A stretch of DNA of 64,000 nucleotides from the IMG/VR virus record IMGVR_UViG_3300032223_003290; one strand, 5' to 3'. Positions 47,501 through 56,295 of the stretch are shown one piece after another. Source of the stretch: an uncultured virus (IMG/VR IMGVR_UViG_3300032223_003290) (taxonomy: Duplodnaviria > Heunggongvirae > Uroviricota > Caudoviricetes). How positions within the stretch are numbered: the stretch's first letter is position 1; each line of letters begins with the position of its first letter. The notes beneath the pieces were generated by a model that searched no databases, had not been told where the DNA came from, and was given only the letters and a program-made list of their open reading frames with translations. The translations under genes and the position numbers were made by a program.

Positions 47501-50416
47501 TCAATTCAATATCCTTATGAAATTAATGATAGAGTTTTTTATTATTCTGCAAATGAAGATGCTTACAATTCTACTGTAAGAAAATCAACAAGTGGAATTT
47601 ATCAAATAGTTTACATCGACAGCAACTATAATTATTACTTAAGAAAAGTAAAATATAATGCTGTAAATGGCCATTTAGATTATGCCAAAAGATTAGTAAG
47701 TCATTCATCTTCTGCTGGAAATACAATTTATTTAGCAAGACCAGAATCATCAACATCAATATTCACTTGGTCTTCTTCAAATTATCCTAATTCTTTGATG
47801 GATGTATATGTTGTTTCAACTGGCGGAACTGTTATATCTAAAACTTACAGTACAGATTACACTGTAGATGCATCTTCAGGAAAATTAAATATTTCTGGTT
47901 CTAGTTGGACAGGAACACTGTATGCATATCTTTACAAAGATTCAACTGTTCCTAAATATAATCAAGAACCTAAACAAACTTTAAACAGATATCATTACAT
48001 CCCTCAAGTTTTAAAAGATAAAGCATTTATTGCTTCTCCTTCTGCCAAATTATCTGCAACTTGGACTGTAGATTCTGAAAATTTCCAAGTTGTGAACGTA
48101 ATTGGAACTGCAACTACAACTGAAATAAAATATAACAGAGATAGAAGTTCATGGCTATCAACTTATAATTCGAGTAAGAATTATTCTGCATATGCAAATG
48201 TAATTGTAGAAAACAATTCTACAACAAGTTATTTCTTCACAGACAGACTATCGCAAGACGGGTATTACATACAAACTGGCGTTGCAAATAGCTCAACATT
48301 TAGTGGTAGTTTTGTTGACCCTGTAACTCTGAATCCTATTGGTTTATTTTCTGGAGATGTTTATTTAGAAAAAGCTTATCAGCCATCTGGATTTGCTTTA
48401 ACTTCTTGGTACTCTGGGTTAGGATTGTCAGCAAATACTAATGTCCTTGTCCTTAAAAACAAAACAACTCTTGATTATTCTGATGTTACAATTGACACAG
48501 CTTTCACAAGCACTTATTATGATGACATAAATAGATTAGTAACACATAATAAAGCTGGTAAAAGAGATCAAAAGTTATATACTTTCAAAAGATCAGAAGT
48601 CCAAGAAGTTACTTTAAATTATAGTTCTGCTTTTGGCTCATCTTTATATCCAACTACAGTAAGATTATCTAATTCTGCTGGTTTTGGAACTTATTGTTTG
48701 TATTTTGATCCAGCAAGCACTAATATCAACACTTCTGCTAGATCTTGGATTGATGTAAGTACAAGAACTACTTTTGTTGCCGCTGTAGGAAATACTGGAA
48801 ATATTCCTAATTTCAATGATATCACTTATATTCCAGTTATTGGTCCTATGTCAGCTCCAACAGGAACTGCAAGTACAGCCTCACTCGATGGATATACAAT
48901 ACAAGCTGGGGATAAAATCCTAATAAAAAATCAAACTGATAGCACAAAGAATGGTATTTACACAGCAACACCTGTCAACAAATATACATTATCCAGAGCA
49001 TCAGATTTAGATGCAACCAATGAATTGTATGAATTAGGAAGAGTAGTTTACAATAATACTACTTATGAATTGAATTTACCTGATGATTCTTCTGCTTATA
49101 ATTTAGGTGCTTCAGCTTCAAATACACCACTTTATTGGAAGAGTATAGGAGCCGAATATACAATTGATGTTGTAGGTGTAGGGCATACAAACTTCTCTAA
49201 CTTAAATGCTTTACCTGATAATATTAATGGAATAGCCACAACTCAAGGCGATAAAATTTTATTTATAGCTCAAACTACAAGCTCTGAAAATATTGTTGCA
49301 AGAATTAATAAAACATATCAACCAAATTTAATTAGAGTTTCTAGTGGTTCAGCAGCAACTCAATTCCAAATTACTAGTTTATATGTAAATGATGCTAATA
49401 GAAATTTAAATTATGAGCTTTATTACAATCCTTCAAACACAACAGTAGGATCAGACTCAATACAATGGTTCCAACAAGGACTTATTGCTGATTACACAAG
49501 TTGTTCATTTGCAAGCACAACTAATTTATCACTTTCGTCTAGCTTGAATATTGCTGGAGCTAAAAAAGGCGATAGATTATTAGTAAAAGATCAAACAAAT
49601 AAATTGCAAAATGGCATTTATTCTATTGATGATATAATTACAAATTACTTAAATAGACACGATGCTTTAGATAGTTCTGCAGAAATAACAATAAATCAAA
49701 GAGTTAATGTGTTGAGTGGAACAGCATCTAGTGGAGTTTATGCATTGGTGTATGACGAAAGTACCACACCAGCTATTGATAGTACAAATATTTATTGGGT
49801 AAAAGTTAATAATAATCCATATCTGACTAACGCAAAAGTTGCCACTGTATCTTCTGTATCCCTTACTAACCCTCCAAGTTCTGTTGATAATGTTGTATTA
49901 CAAAAATACGATAGAGTTTTAGTCAAAAATCAAACTGATAAAACTACTAATGGAGTGTATGTAGTCTCTTCCATAGGTGCTTCTAATGTTTGGACCAGAG
50001 CAACAGACCTTGATGCGAGTAGTGAATTATTACCTCAATTATCAATACAAGTAGGTTATGGTACGACAAATGTTGATAAAACATTCAGAATTAAATTACC
50101 TACACCAAGAACCATAACCCCTACTCAAACTACTGCATATATATTGGGAACTGACAATATAGATTGGATAGACACTGTTAGTAATCAATTATATAATTCT
50201 TCTCCAGATACTTGGCAATCATTAGGCTCTGGATATAATAATGCTATGTATCTTGGCGGAGCTAGATTGGGTGTGGATCAAACAGCAAAAAGTAGAAGTT
50301 TTGGAATTGCTATAAAAACTCCTAGTTCAACTGTTCTTTCAGCCAACAATATTACTGCTAATGGGCAGGTAAGAAATATGAAATTCAAAGTAGAATACAT
50401 AATAGCAAAAGATTAG
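44591..50416 (+). CDS. Large virion/tail protein (1941 aa) with roughly 10-12 DRVLVKxQT...NGIY repeats
   Basis: Repeated phage tail-fibre-type module (ATxxNL...IDG..L...DRVLVK.QT....NG.Y...W.RATD); same module inside 1070..6397. Confidence 0.8.
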   Translation: MSHAFIWSEVNADNSQSEIYREISSAGFGTNISGTWNKKLFRLKWINTNVDDIRLWIDNEFADIYTNQHYPVIKNTDNIKLLQNLGFDIRFTLFDSFVINKLNADVATSSNLSAATIGGTSIIYAPTYIDGVKLDTTKVVLVKSQTSAFQNGLYRVSSQTNSGAIGAVVAEDILTAAKIASVGSSSFYLYSPYLNPFESAAAGSTTFIWVDRTNRYALTAVQCATIENLQSSGTGLTNSSIVLDNHTLTVNDRVLVKDQTTKAQNGIYYVSSLTKPNASSLFNPYTSTDTADDYWKTAVNYINANVPVSVQFINAGVAKSGGYFRYYSATGITGGIASTATMKWADATYNYGHTNVDYYYEITSGSAIGFSYDFGANTGTLTSTPRTITNYSGVATTLSTSNRILVKHYNPSYSGIYSVSNVGFGATGLWVRATDFDTAAEINQTVVYASNSHNSLGGNIWYLGKTTTYNSNFALNLDNINIQERFYPYTYEPVTNLVLNNQSDLTSVSTADFINSGIAISQRVLVAGQTTYPAQNGIYKVASVCATVYSLQFSTDYSVLRGSIAAVTHGTTGAGTTYFLYAPGTVTAAGAVGVTWVNITNQNNLFVTASTTVDKFSSTYLSPNDFDVPVSIGTSVLVNTSNQLINGVYSVSAIGASTKQVFKYSDSLSSWTQNIFSNILSSNGNGTYAISPNLKKQISGVMQVASIASTHYGEIFVPEILFPSFQNYESYFTTEGKGSSILQELDFDWYEQDYQKYNVKAVLFVNSATSLPTTSGTAISSLIRATTGTGRTVLQANDSILVFVGSGYSSSSISNGIYRPSFTGIGSVYFTPHEDFYFNTKFTLGSDQKSLASPYERPTLVKIDYGYMGAGTTFSYDKVYMQSEVGVRQGTFGSDYASADLDKYLHTGSEVYYQDSEIRLSANSLDLSKFPRLAPIQHILAADTTLDTISQDILTVRRNGTQLYSTRSGDSIQYPYEINDRVFYYSANEDAYNSTVRKSTSGIYQIVYIDSNYNYYLRKVKYNAVNGHLDYAKRLVSHSSSAGNTIYLARPESSTSIFTWSSSNYPNSLMDVYVVSTGGTVISKTYSTDYTVDASSGKLNISGSSWTGTLYAYLYKDSTVPKYNQEPKQTLNRYHYIPQVLKDKAFIASPSAKLSATWTVDSENFQVVNVIGTATTTEIKYNRDRSSWLSTYNSSKNYSAYANVIVENNSTTSYFFTDRLSQDGYYIQTGVANSSTFSGSFVDPVTLNPIGLFSGDVYLEKAYQPSGFALTSWYSGLGLSANTNVLVLKNKTTLDYSDVTIDTAFTSTYYDDINRLVTHNKAGKRDQKLYTFKRSEVQEVTLNYSSAFGSSLYPTTVRLSNSAGFGTYCLYFDPASTNINTSARSWIDVSTRTTFVAAVGNTGNIPNFNDITYIPVIGPMSAPTGTASTASLDGYTIQAGDKILIKNQTDSTKNGIYTATPVNKYTLSRASDLDATNELYELGRVVYNNTTYELNLPDDSSAYNLGASASNTPLYWKSIGAEYTIDVVGVGHTNFSNLNALPDNINGIATTQGDKILFIAQTTSSENIVARINKTYQPNLIRVSSGSAATQFQITSLYVNDANRNLNYELYYNPSNTTVGSDSIQWFQQGLIADYTSCSFASTTNLSLSSSLNIAGAKKGDRLLVKDQTNKLQNGIYSIDDIITNYLNRHDALDSSAEITINQRVNVLSGTASSGVYALVYDESTTPAIDSTNIYWVKVNNNPYLTNAKVATVSSVSLTNPPSSVDNVVLQKYDRVLVKNQTDKTTNGVYVVSSIGASNVWTRATDLDASSELLPQLSIQVGYGTTNVDKTFRIKLPTPRTITPTQTTAYILGTDNIDWIDTVSNQLYNSSPDTWQSLGSGYNNAMYLGGARLGVDQTAKSRSFGIAIKTPSSTVLSANNITANGQVRNMKFKVEYIIAKD

Positions 50417-50418
50417 TA

Positions 50419-50446
50419 AAGGTATAACCCTTAGCTATTTAAAAAT
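50419..50446 (+). promoter_or_regulatory. Candidate phage late promoter AAGG-N18-AAAAAT
   Basis: Motif copy upstream of 50480. Confidence 0.45.
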
Positions 50447-50479
50447 ATAGTATTAACAATTTATCAAGAGAGATAAAAT

Positions 50480-50956
50480 ATGCAAAATTTAGAGTCCCAG
50501 CTACATACACTTTTAGAAGATATTGCACCCGATGTTCATTCACACGAAGAGCAGGCTAAAATTATTGCCTTAGCTTCAGCAACTATTTCTAAAAAATTCA
50601 ATGCAAGACGTTTTGCAAAATCTGATGGCAGAGTTGTAGAATCACAAATGACTGATGCAATTTTAGTTGCTATGTCTACATTATCTTCTTGGGACAATGA
50701 AGATGATGAAATTTTTGATGCTAGAGGACTTTCACATTCACAATTGATCAGAAGAGTAGCAAATACTGCAAAGCCAAATTGGGGACAAATGGATATCTTA
50801 AATCCTGATGCAATTGAAGAAACATTCTCTTTTGAAGAAGAAGATGAACCAGATTCTGAAACTAAAATAGAAAATGCACAACAAACCTCAGAAGCATTTA
50901 ATACTCCAGGAAGAGGCAGACATAGATCTGATTTTATTTCAGCTCCAATAAGATAA
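50480..50956 (+). CDS. Acidic hypothetical protein (candidate head-internal protein)
   Basis: 158 aa; contains FNARRFAK and IRRVAN; GAGAG upstream. Confidence 0.72.
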   Translation: MQNLESQLHTLLEDIAPDVHSHEEQAKIIALASATISKKFNARRFAKSDGRVVESQMTDAILVAMSTLSSWDNEDDEIFDARGLSHSQLIRRVANTAKPNWGQMDILNPDAIEETFSFEEEDEPDSETKIENAQQTSEAFNTPGRGRHRSDFISAPIR

Positions 50957-50957
50957 T

Positions 50958-51539
50958 ATGAAATACGTAAAATTAGCTCAAATGCCACCAATGGATCCTA
51001 TGGCTGGAATGGGAATGCCAGCTGCTCCTGCAGCTATGCCTGGCCCTCCACCTGAACCTGCTTCTGGTCAGAAACAAATTACAGTGCCACTTGCTAATTT
51101 AGGTTTAATTTTAGCTGATTCAGAAATTGAAAAAAGATTACTTGAAGAGCTTGAAGACAATGAGCAAAAAATTGCAAACAAAATTTGGCTTCAATATGGT
51201 GGAACTGAAGACGGTGGTGTTGATGAAGCAAAACGTGGCAAAAGAAAAGATAGCGAAGAAGCCACTCCCGAAGAAATCAAAGCCACTGACAAAACTAGAT
51301 GGGAAAGATTGCCTGAAGGTCAAAATTTAAATGATCTTGAAATTTCTCTTGATGATATGGCAAATGCGGTAAAATTCTTATCATTCGGATTTGCTAAAAA
51401 CAAAGGAAAAGAACAAGGTGGTGGAGCTCCTGGTGGTGGAATGCCTGGTATGGCTTCAAGAAAACTTGATAATATGGTCAAATTAGCCCAAAATTTGGAT
51501 TTATTAGGTATGTATAGTGTAGCGGATCGTATCTTCTAA
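50958..51539 (+). CDS. Hypothetical protein with KLAQ motifs at both ends and Met/Pro/Gly-rich tracts
   Basis: MKYVKLAQMPPMDPMAGMGMP...; C-terminal VKLAQNLDLLGMYSVADRI. Confidence 0.75.
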   Translation: MKYVKLAQMPPMDPMAGMGMPAAPAAMPGPPPEPASGQKQITVPLANLGLILADSEIEKRLLEELEDNEQKIANKIWLQYGGTEDGGVDEAKRGKRKDSEEATPEEIKATDKTRWERLPEGQNLNDLEISLDDMANAVKFLSFGFAKNKGKEQGGGAPGGGMPGMASRKLDNMVKLAQNLDLLGMYSVADRIF

Positions 51540-51543
51540 AAAA

Positions 51544-51572
51544 TAGCCAATTTCGCTTGTTTTCGGTATAAT
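51544..51572 (+). promoter_or_regulatory. Sigma70-like promoter for gyrB-gyrA
   Basis: TAGCCA-N17-TATAAT. Confidence 0.6.
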
Positions 51573-51603
51573 GCTGTGGTATCTTAAATCACAGCATTTT
51601 TTT
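51570..51603 (+). terminator. Intrinsic terminator after 50958..51539
   Basis: AATGCTGTGGT-atcttaa-ATCACAGCATT stem (one G-U pair) running into a T-tract. Confidence 0.75.
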
Positions 51604-51637
51604 ATGCCTGTATTCGGAATTAAACGAAGGAAAGCAA

Positions 51638-53764
51638 ATGGCAAATCAATACAACGAAAACTCCATTCAGATTTTGGAGAGCCAGGAAGCAGTACGTACA
51701 CGTCCTGCAATGTATATTGGTGATACTGGTAAAAAGGGACTTCACCACCTTGTTTGGGAAATTTTGGACAACTCTGTTGATGAGCATATGGCTGGTCATT
51801 GTTCAAAAATTGATGTAATTGTTTCAAAAGACAATCGCACTCTTACTGTAATTGATAATGGTCGTGGCATTCCTGTAGCAATAAAGCAAGAAGATCCAAA
51901 AAAACGTTCTACTCTTGAAATTGTACTTACTGAACTTCACGCTGGTGGAAAGTTTGGTGATGATGGGTCTGGCTATGAAGCATCTGGCGGTCTTCACGGT
52001 GTTGGAGCTTCCTGTGTAAACTTCCTTTCAATTAATCTTGATGCTGAAGTTTCCCGTGATAAAAAGAAATATCAATTATCTTTCGAGCGTGGTATTCCGG
52101 TAAATTCTGTCAAAGAAATAGGAACATCAAATTCTACTGGAACAAAGATTTCTTTTACGCCTGACTATAATATTTTTGGTCAGTTTGCAGTTGAAGATGC
52201 TTTCCGTGAAGTGCTTGTTGATGATTTTGAAATTGATGAAGTATTTGCTGAATGCTCTGGTAAATGGCGAAAGGCTTTAATCAATGGTCCAGTTGATGGC
52301 AATATTTTCTTTGATATTTTTAAGTCAACTAAAGTAAATCAACAAACATTAGATGTCATTTATAAAATTTGGGATAAAAAATCTAATGACAATATTCAAT
52401 TCGACGAGACTGTTTTAGTTCGTCGCTTGAAAGAAACTGCCTATCTAAATGGCGGACTCAAGATTGTTTACAAGAACGAGCATACTGGAACCAAAGAAGA
52501 ATTCTACTTTGAAGGTGGAATTGCTGACTATGTAAGTTATCTTGCGTCTACCCGTTCGAATCCTTATCCATCAAAGCCATTTTATTTTGAAAATAAATCA
52601 GGCAAAGTAAATGTTCAAGTTGCATTCCAATACGCAGAGGATGATGATGAAACAACCTATGCTTATGCAAACAACATCAATACTGCTGATGGTGGAACTC
52701 ATCTTAGTGGCTTCAAAACATCTATCACAAGAGTAGTAAATCAATTCTCTCGCTCTTTGGGTGTCATCAAGGAAAAAGAACCAAATTTGACTGGTGAAGA
52801 TATCCGTGAAGGTATTGTTGCCATCATTTCTGTTCGCCTTCCACAACCTCAATTTGAAGGACAGACAAAGGGTAAACTTGGCTCTCCTGAAGTTGAAGGT
52901 GTTGTAAATAGACTTTTTTCTGAAGCACTCACTGAATATTTTGAAAAGAATCCATCAATTCTTAAGATGATTGCTGAACGTGCTTTACGTGCTGCTCGTG
53001 CAAGAGCTGCAGCAAAGAAGGCTTCTGAATCTATCAAACGTCAAGGTTTTCTTGGCAAGTCAGGTTCATTGCCAGGAAAATTGTCTGACTGTGATACTGA
53101 AGATGTAGCTATTTCAGAATTATTCTTGGTTGAGGGTGATTCTGCTGCTGGATCTTCAAAGGGTGGTCGAAATCCTATAACCCAAGCTATTCTTCCTATT
53201 CGTGGAAAAATCATTAATCCAGAAAAGAATGAACTTGCTAAACTTCTTGCAAATGAAGAAGTTTCAGCACTCATTTCAGCTATTGGAACTGGAATTCGTG
53301 ATGATTTCAAGATTGAAGATTTGCGTTATGGCAAGATTATCATTATGACTGACGCTGATGATGATGGCGCCCATATTGCTGCTCTCTTAATGACATTCTT
53401 CTATCGTTTTATGCGTCCTTTGGTTTTAAAAGGTCATTTATACCTGGCAAAACCACCTCTATATCGTGTGACTGTAAAGAATGTTCACAATTACATTCAC
53501 ACTGAAGAAGAGCTAAATTCCTATCGTGCCAAGTATGGTGATAAAATAGACGTGACACGATTCAAGGGATTAGGCGAAATGGATGCTGAAGAACTTGGGC
53601 ACACAACTATGGAAATTGGCACTCGTCAATTGATCAAAATTGGTGTTGAAGATGCAGAAGAAGCTTCAAATATGCTCAGCGTTTTGATGGGTAATGAAGT
53701 TGGTCCACGTAAGGCTCATATCATTAAGAAGTCTTTTGATCGTAGTAAGGAAGTAGAAAACTAA
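51638..53764 (+). CDS. gyrB: DNA gyrase subunit B
   Basis: VRTRPAMYIG, EILDNSVDE, DNGRGIP, LHAGGKF, GGLHGVG, PQFEGQTK, EGDSAAG, PIRGK, MTDADDDG, RFKGLGEM; AAGGA RBS. Confidence 0.97.
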   Translation: MANQYNENSIQILESQEAVRTRPAMYIGDTGKKGLHHLVWEILDNSVDEHMAGHCSKIDVIVSKDNRTLTVIDNGRGIPVAIKQEDPKKRSTLEIVLTELHAGGKFGDDGSGYEASGGLHGVGASCVNFLSINLDAEVSRDKKKYQLSFERGIPVNSVKEIGTSNSTGTKISFTPDYNIFGQFAVEDAFREVLVDDFEIDEVFAECSGKWRKALINGPVDGNIFFDIFKSTKVNQQTLDVIYKIWDKKSNDNIQFDETVLVRRLKETAYLNGGLKIVYKNEHTGTKEEFYFEGGIADYVSYLASTRSNPYPSKPFYFENKSGKVNVQVAFQYAEDDDETTYAYANNINTADGGTHLSGFKTSITRVVNQFSRSLGVIKEKEPNLTGEDIREGIVAIISVRLPQPQFEGQTKGKLGSPEVEGVVNRLFSEALTEYFEKNPSILKMIAERALRAARARAAAKKASESIKRQGFLGKSGSLPGKLSDCDTEDVAISELFLVEGDSAAGSSKGGRNPITQAILPIRGKIINPEKNELAKLLANEEVSALISAIGTGIRDDFKIEDLRYGKIIIMTDADDDGAHIAALLMTFFYRFMRPLVLKGHLYLAKPPLYRVTVKNVHNYIHTEEELNSYRAKYGDKIDVTRFKGLGEMDAEELGHTTMEIGTRQLIKIGVEDAEEASNMLSVLMGNEVGPRKAHIIKKSFDRSKEVEN

Positions 53765-56283
53765 TGGCAAGAAATCTCAAAGTCAAGAATGTTGCTGAAG
53801 TATCAAACTTGACAGATACAATTCTTGAGAAGAATTTTGTTGATCTTATTGATGAACGATTTACCAACTATGCTTTTGCAGTTATGGAAGATCGTGCATT
53901 GCCAGATGCTCGTGATGGCCTAAAGCCATCACAGCGTCGAACCCTTGTTGCTATGGATGATCTTAAACTCCGTGCATCAGGTAAAACTAAGAAATGTGCA
54001 AAAATTTGTGGTGATGTTTCTGGAAATTATCACCCACACGGAGAAGCAGTAGTTTATCCTACCCTTGTTCGTATGGCTCAATCTTGGTCATTGCGTTATC
54101 CACTTATCACCCCTCAGGGTAACTTTGGTTCTCCTGCTCCTGAAGATAAGCCAGCTGCAATGCGTTATACAGAGGCTAAACTTTCATCTTTTGGTGATTT
54201 GATGGTTAATGAATTATCTGATCAGGTAGTTCGTTATCAAGCAAACTACAACGATGAAATGATGGAGCCTACTGTTCTTCCATCACTATTCCCTAACTTA
54301 ATTGTTAATGGATGTAGTGGAATTGCAGTTGGATGGGCTACAAATATGGCACCTCACAATTTACGTGAAGTTGCTAAGTTGATTGATGCCTATATCAAAA
54401 ATCCAGATATCACAACTGACGAAGCATTGCAGATTGTCCCAGGTCCAGACTTTCCAATTCGTTGTAAAGTTTTAGGCTTGGATGGGATTCGTTCATATTT
54501 CACCAATGGACGTGGAACTGTTCAACTTGAAGGTTATTACGACATTGTTCAAGAGCGAAATCAGGAAATTATCAAGGTAAGTGAATTGCCTTATGGTAGT
54601 AGTGCTGAAAGCTTCTGTCGTGAAATCAAAGACCTTGTTGAAAGTAAGAAGATTGAAGGTATCACTGGCCTCAAGAACCTAACAAGCAAGAAGGGTATGG
54701 ATGTTCGTATCTGGCTTCATAAGAGTGCTAGTTCTCAAGTTGTATTGAATCAATTGCTGAAGCGTACATCTCTTCGAACAAGTTTTTCTGTCAATTCCAC
54801 TGTACTTTTGGATGGCAAGAAGGTTGTTGAAAATGTATCTATTCTTCAATTAGTAAAGGCATTTGTAGATCATCGTAAAGAAGTTCTGACAAATAAATTT
54901 ACTGCTGAACACGCAAAGAATAGCTCACGTATCCATATTCTTGAGGGTCTTCTTGGTATCACTGACAAGATTGATGCAGTTATTAAGCTTGTTCGTAATG
55001 CTGACAATAAAGAAGAAGCAGCAAAAGAACTTATTGCTCAAAAATTTGTTTCATCCCAAGAACAGGCTGATGCAGTATTACGAATTACTCTTGGAAACCT
55101 TACTAAACTTGATACCCGTGCATTACAGGATGAGTTTGATAAGTTGACAAAGCGCAATGAATGGTTGGCTGCACAATTAGCTTCAGAAAAGAAAATGCTC
55201 AATCTTATTTCCAAAGAACAGCTTGACCTTGCAGAAAAGTTTGGAGATGATCGACGTTCTGAAATTCTTGCTCTTGAAGATGAAATTTCCTACGAAGATT
55301 TGATCAAAGAAGAAGATATCATTGTTTCCCTCACAAAAGATGGATATATCAAGCGTGTTCCTCTTGATACATTCAGAACCCAAAACCGTGGTGGTAAGGG
55401 TGTAATTGGAGTCAAGGGACGTGAAGAAGATGAAGCATCTGATATCTTCAGCGGAACAACACATGACTTATTCTTGTTCTTTACAAATCAAGGTAATTTG
55501 TTAAAGAAGAAAGGTTATGAAATTCCTCTTGCTTCTCGTACTTCAAAGGGCACACACCTTAATAATCTCTTGAATTTGACTGAAGGTGAGACTGTATCTT
55601 CAACAATTACACTCAAGTCTTTGGATGTTGATGGCTACTTCATTATGGTCACCAATAAGGGATTAATTAAGCGTTCTGAAATCCGTGAATACAATACAAG
55701 TTTGCGTAAACGTGGATTGAAGGCAATTACTCTCACTGAAGGCGATAACTTAAACTTTGTGATGACTACTGATGGAAACAAGGATGTAATGCTTGTAACT
55801 TCATTGGGTATGGCTGTTCGATACAATGAAACATTAGTTCGTTGCATTGGAAAGAATGGTCAAGGCAGTCGTTCAATGCTTCTAAGACCTGAAGATAGTA
55901 TTGCAGCTATGCTTGCTATAGATGCAGAGTCTGATCCTTCTGTACTGGTAATCACTGAATTGGGCAAGGGTAAGAAGACTTGGGCATCAGAATACCGTTC
56001 AACTGCTGGACGCTCTGTAAAAGGCCAAAGAACTATCAACCAAACAAAGCGTGAACAAACAGGAAAAATTGTTTCTGCACTTGCCATCAATGACAGTGAT
56101 GACATTTTGGTTTTGACAAGCAAAGGCAAAATGATGCGTTGTAATTTGGATAGTTTACGCAACAAATCCAAGGCGACTCAAGCCACTACAATTGTTGCTT
56201 TAGATGATAATGATTCGGTACAAACTGCAGTAGTTGTTCCTAATGTAGGCGAATCAGAGTCAGAAGAAGAATTTACAGAATAA
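53764..56283 (+). CDS. gyrA: DNA gyrase subunit A
   Basis: RALPDARDGLKP, YHPHG, AAMRYTE active site, GIAVGWATN, GyrA-box QNRGGKG, C-terminal pinwheel repeats, acidic tail; TAATG overlap with gyrB. Confidence 0.97.
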   Translation: MARNLKVKNVAEVSNLTDTILEKNFVDLIDERFTNYAFAVMEDRALPDARDGLKPSQRRTLVAMDDLKLRASGKTKKCAKICGDVSGNYHPHGEAVVYPTLVRMAQSWSLRYPLITPQGNFGSPAPEDKPAAMRYTEAKLSSFGDLMVNELSDQVVRYQANYNDEMMEPTVLPSLFPNLIVNGCSGIAVGWATNMAPHNLREVAKLIDAYIKNPDITTDEALQIVPGPDFPIRCKVLGLDGIRSYFTNGRGTVQLEGYYDIVQERNQEIIKVSELPYGSSAESFCREIKDLVESKKIEGITGLKNLTSKKGMDVRIWLHKSASSQVVLNQLLKRTSLRTSFSVNSTVLLDGKKVVENVSILQLVKAFVDHRKEVLTNKFTAEHAKNSSRIHILEGLLGITDKIDAVIKLVRNADNKEEAAKELIAQKFVSSQEQADAVLRITLGNLTKLDTRALQDEFDKLTKRNEWLAAQLASEKKMLNLISKEQLDLAEKFGDDRRSEILALEDEISYEDLIKEEDIIVSLTKDGYIKRVPLDTFRTQNRGGKGVIGVKGREEDEASDIFSGTTHDLFLFFTNQGNLLKKKGYEIPLASRTSKGTHLNNLLNLTEGETVSSTITLKSLDVDGYFIMVTNKGLIKRSEIREYNTSLRKRGLKAITLTEGDNLNFVMTTDGNKDVMLVTSLGMAVRYNETLVRCIGKNGQGSRSMLLRPEDSIAAMLAIDAESDPSVLVITELGKGKKTWASEYRSTAGRSVKGQRTINQTKREQTGKIVSALAINDSDDILVLTSKGKMMRCNLDSLRNKSKATQATTIVALDDNDSVQTAVVVPNVGESESEEEFTE
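56246..56273 (+). promoter_or_regulatory. Candidate phage late promoter TAGG-N18-AGAATT inside the gyrA 3' end
   Basis: Motif copy ending 22 nt upstream of the structural gene at 56296. Confidence 0.45.
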
Positions 56284-56295
56284 TAGGTGTAAATT

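Noticed and set aside
50536..50991. 151-aa minus-strand ORF
   Set aside because: Antisense to 50480..50956, which has the promoter motif and operon context.
52178..52390. Intein or intron in gyrB
   Set aside because: Lacks intein splice residues, is short, and keeps the frame open; treated as a domain insertion.
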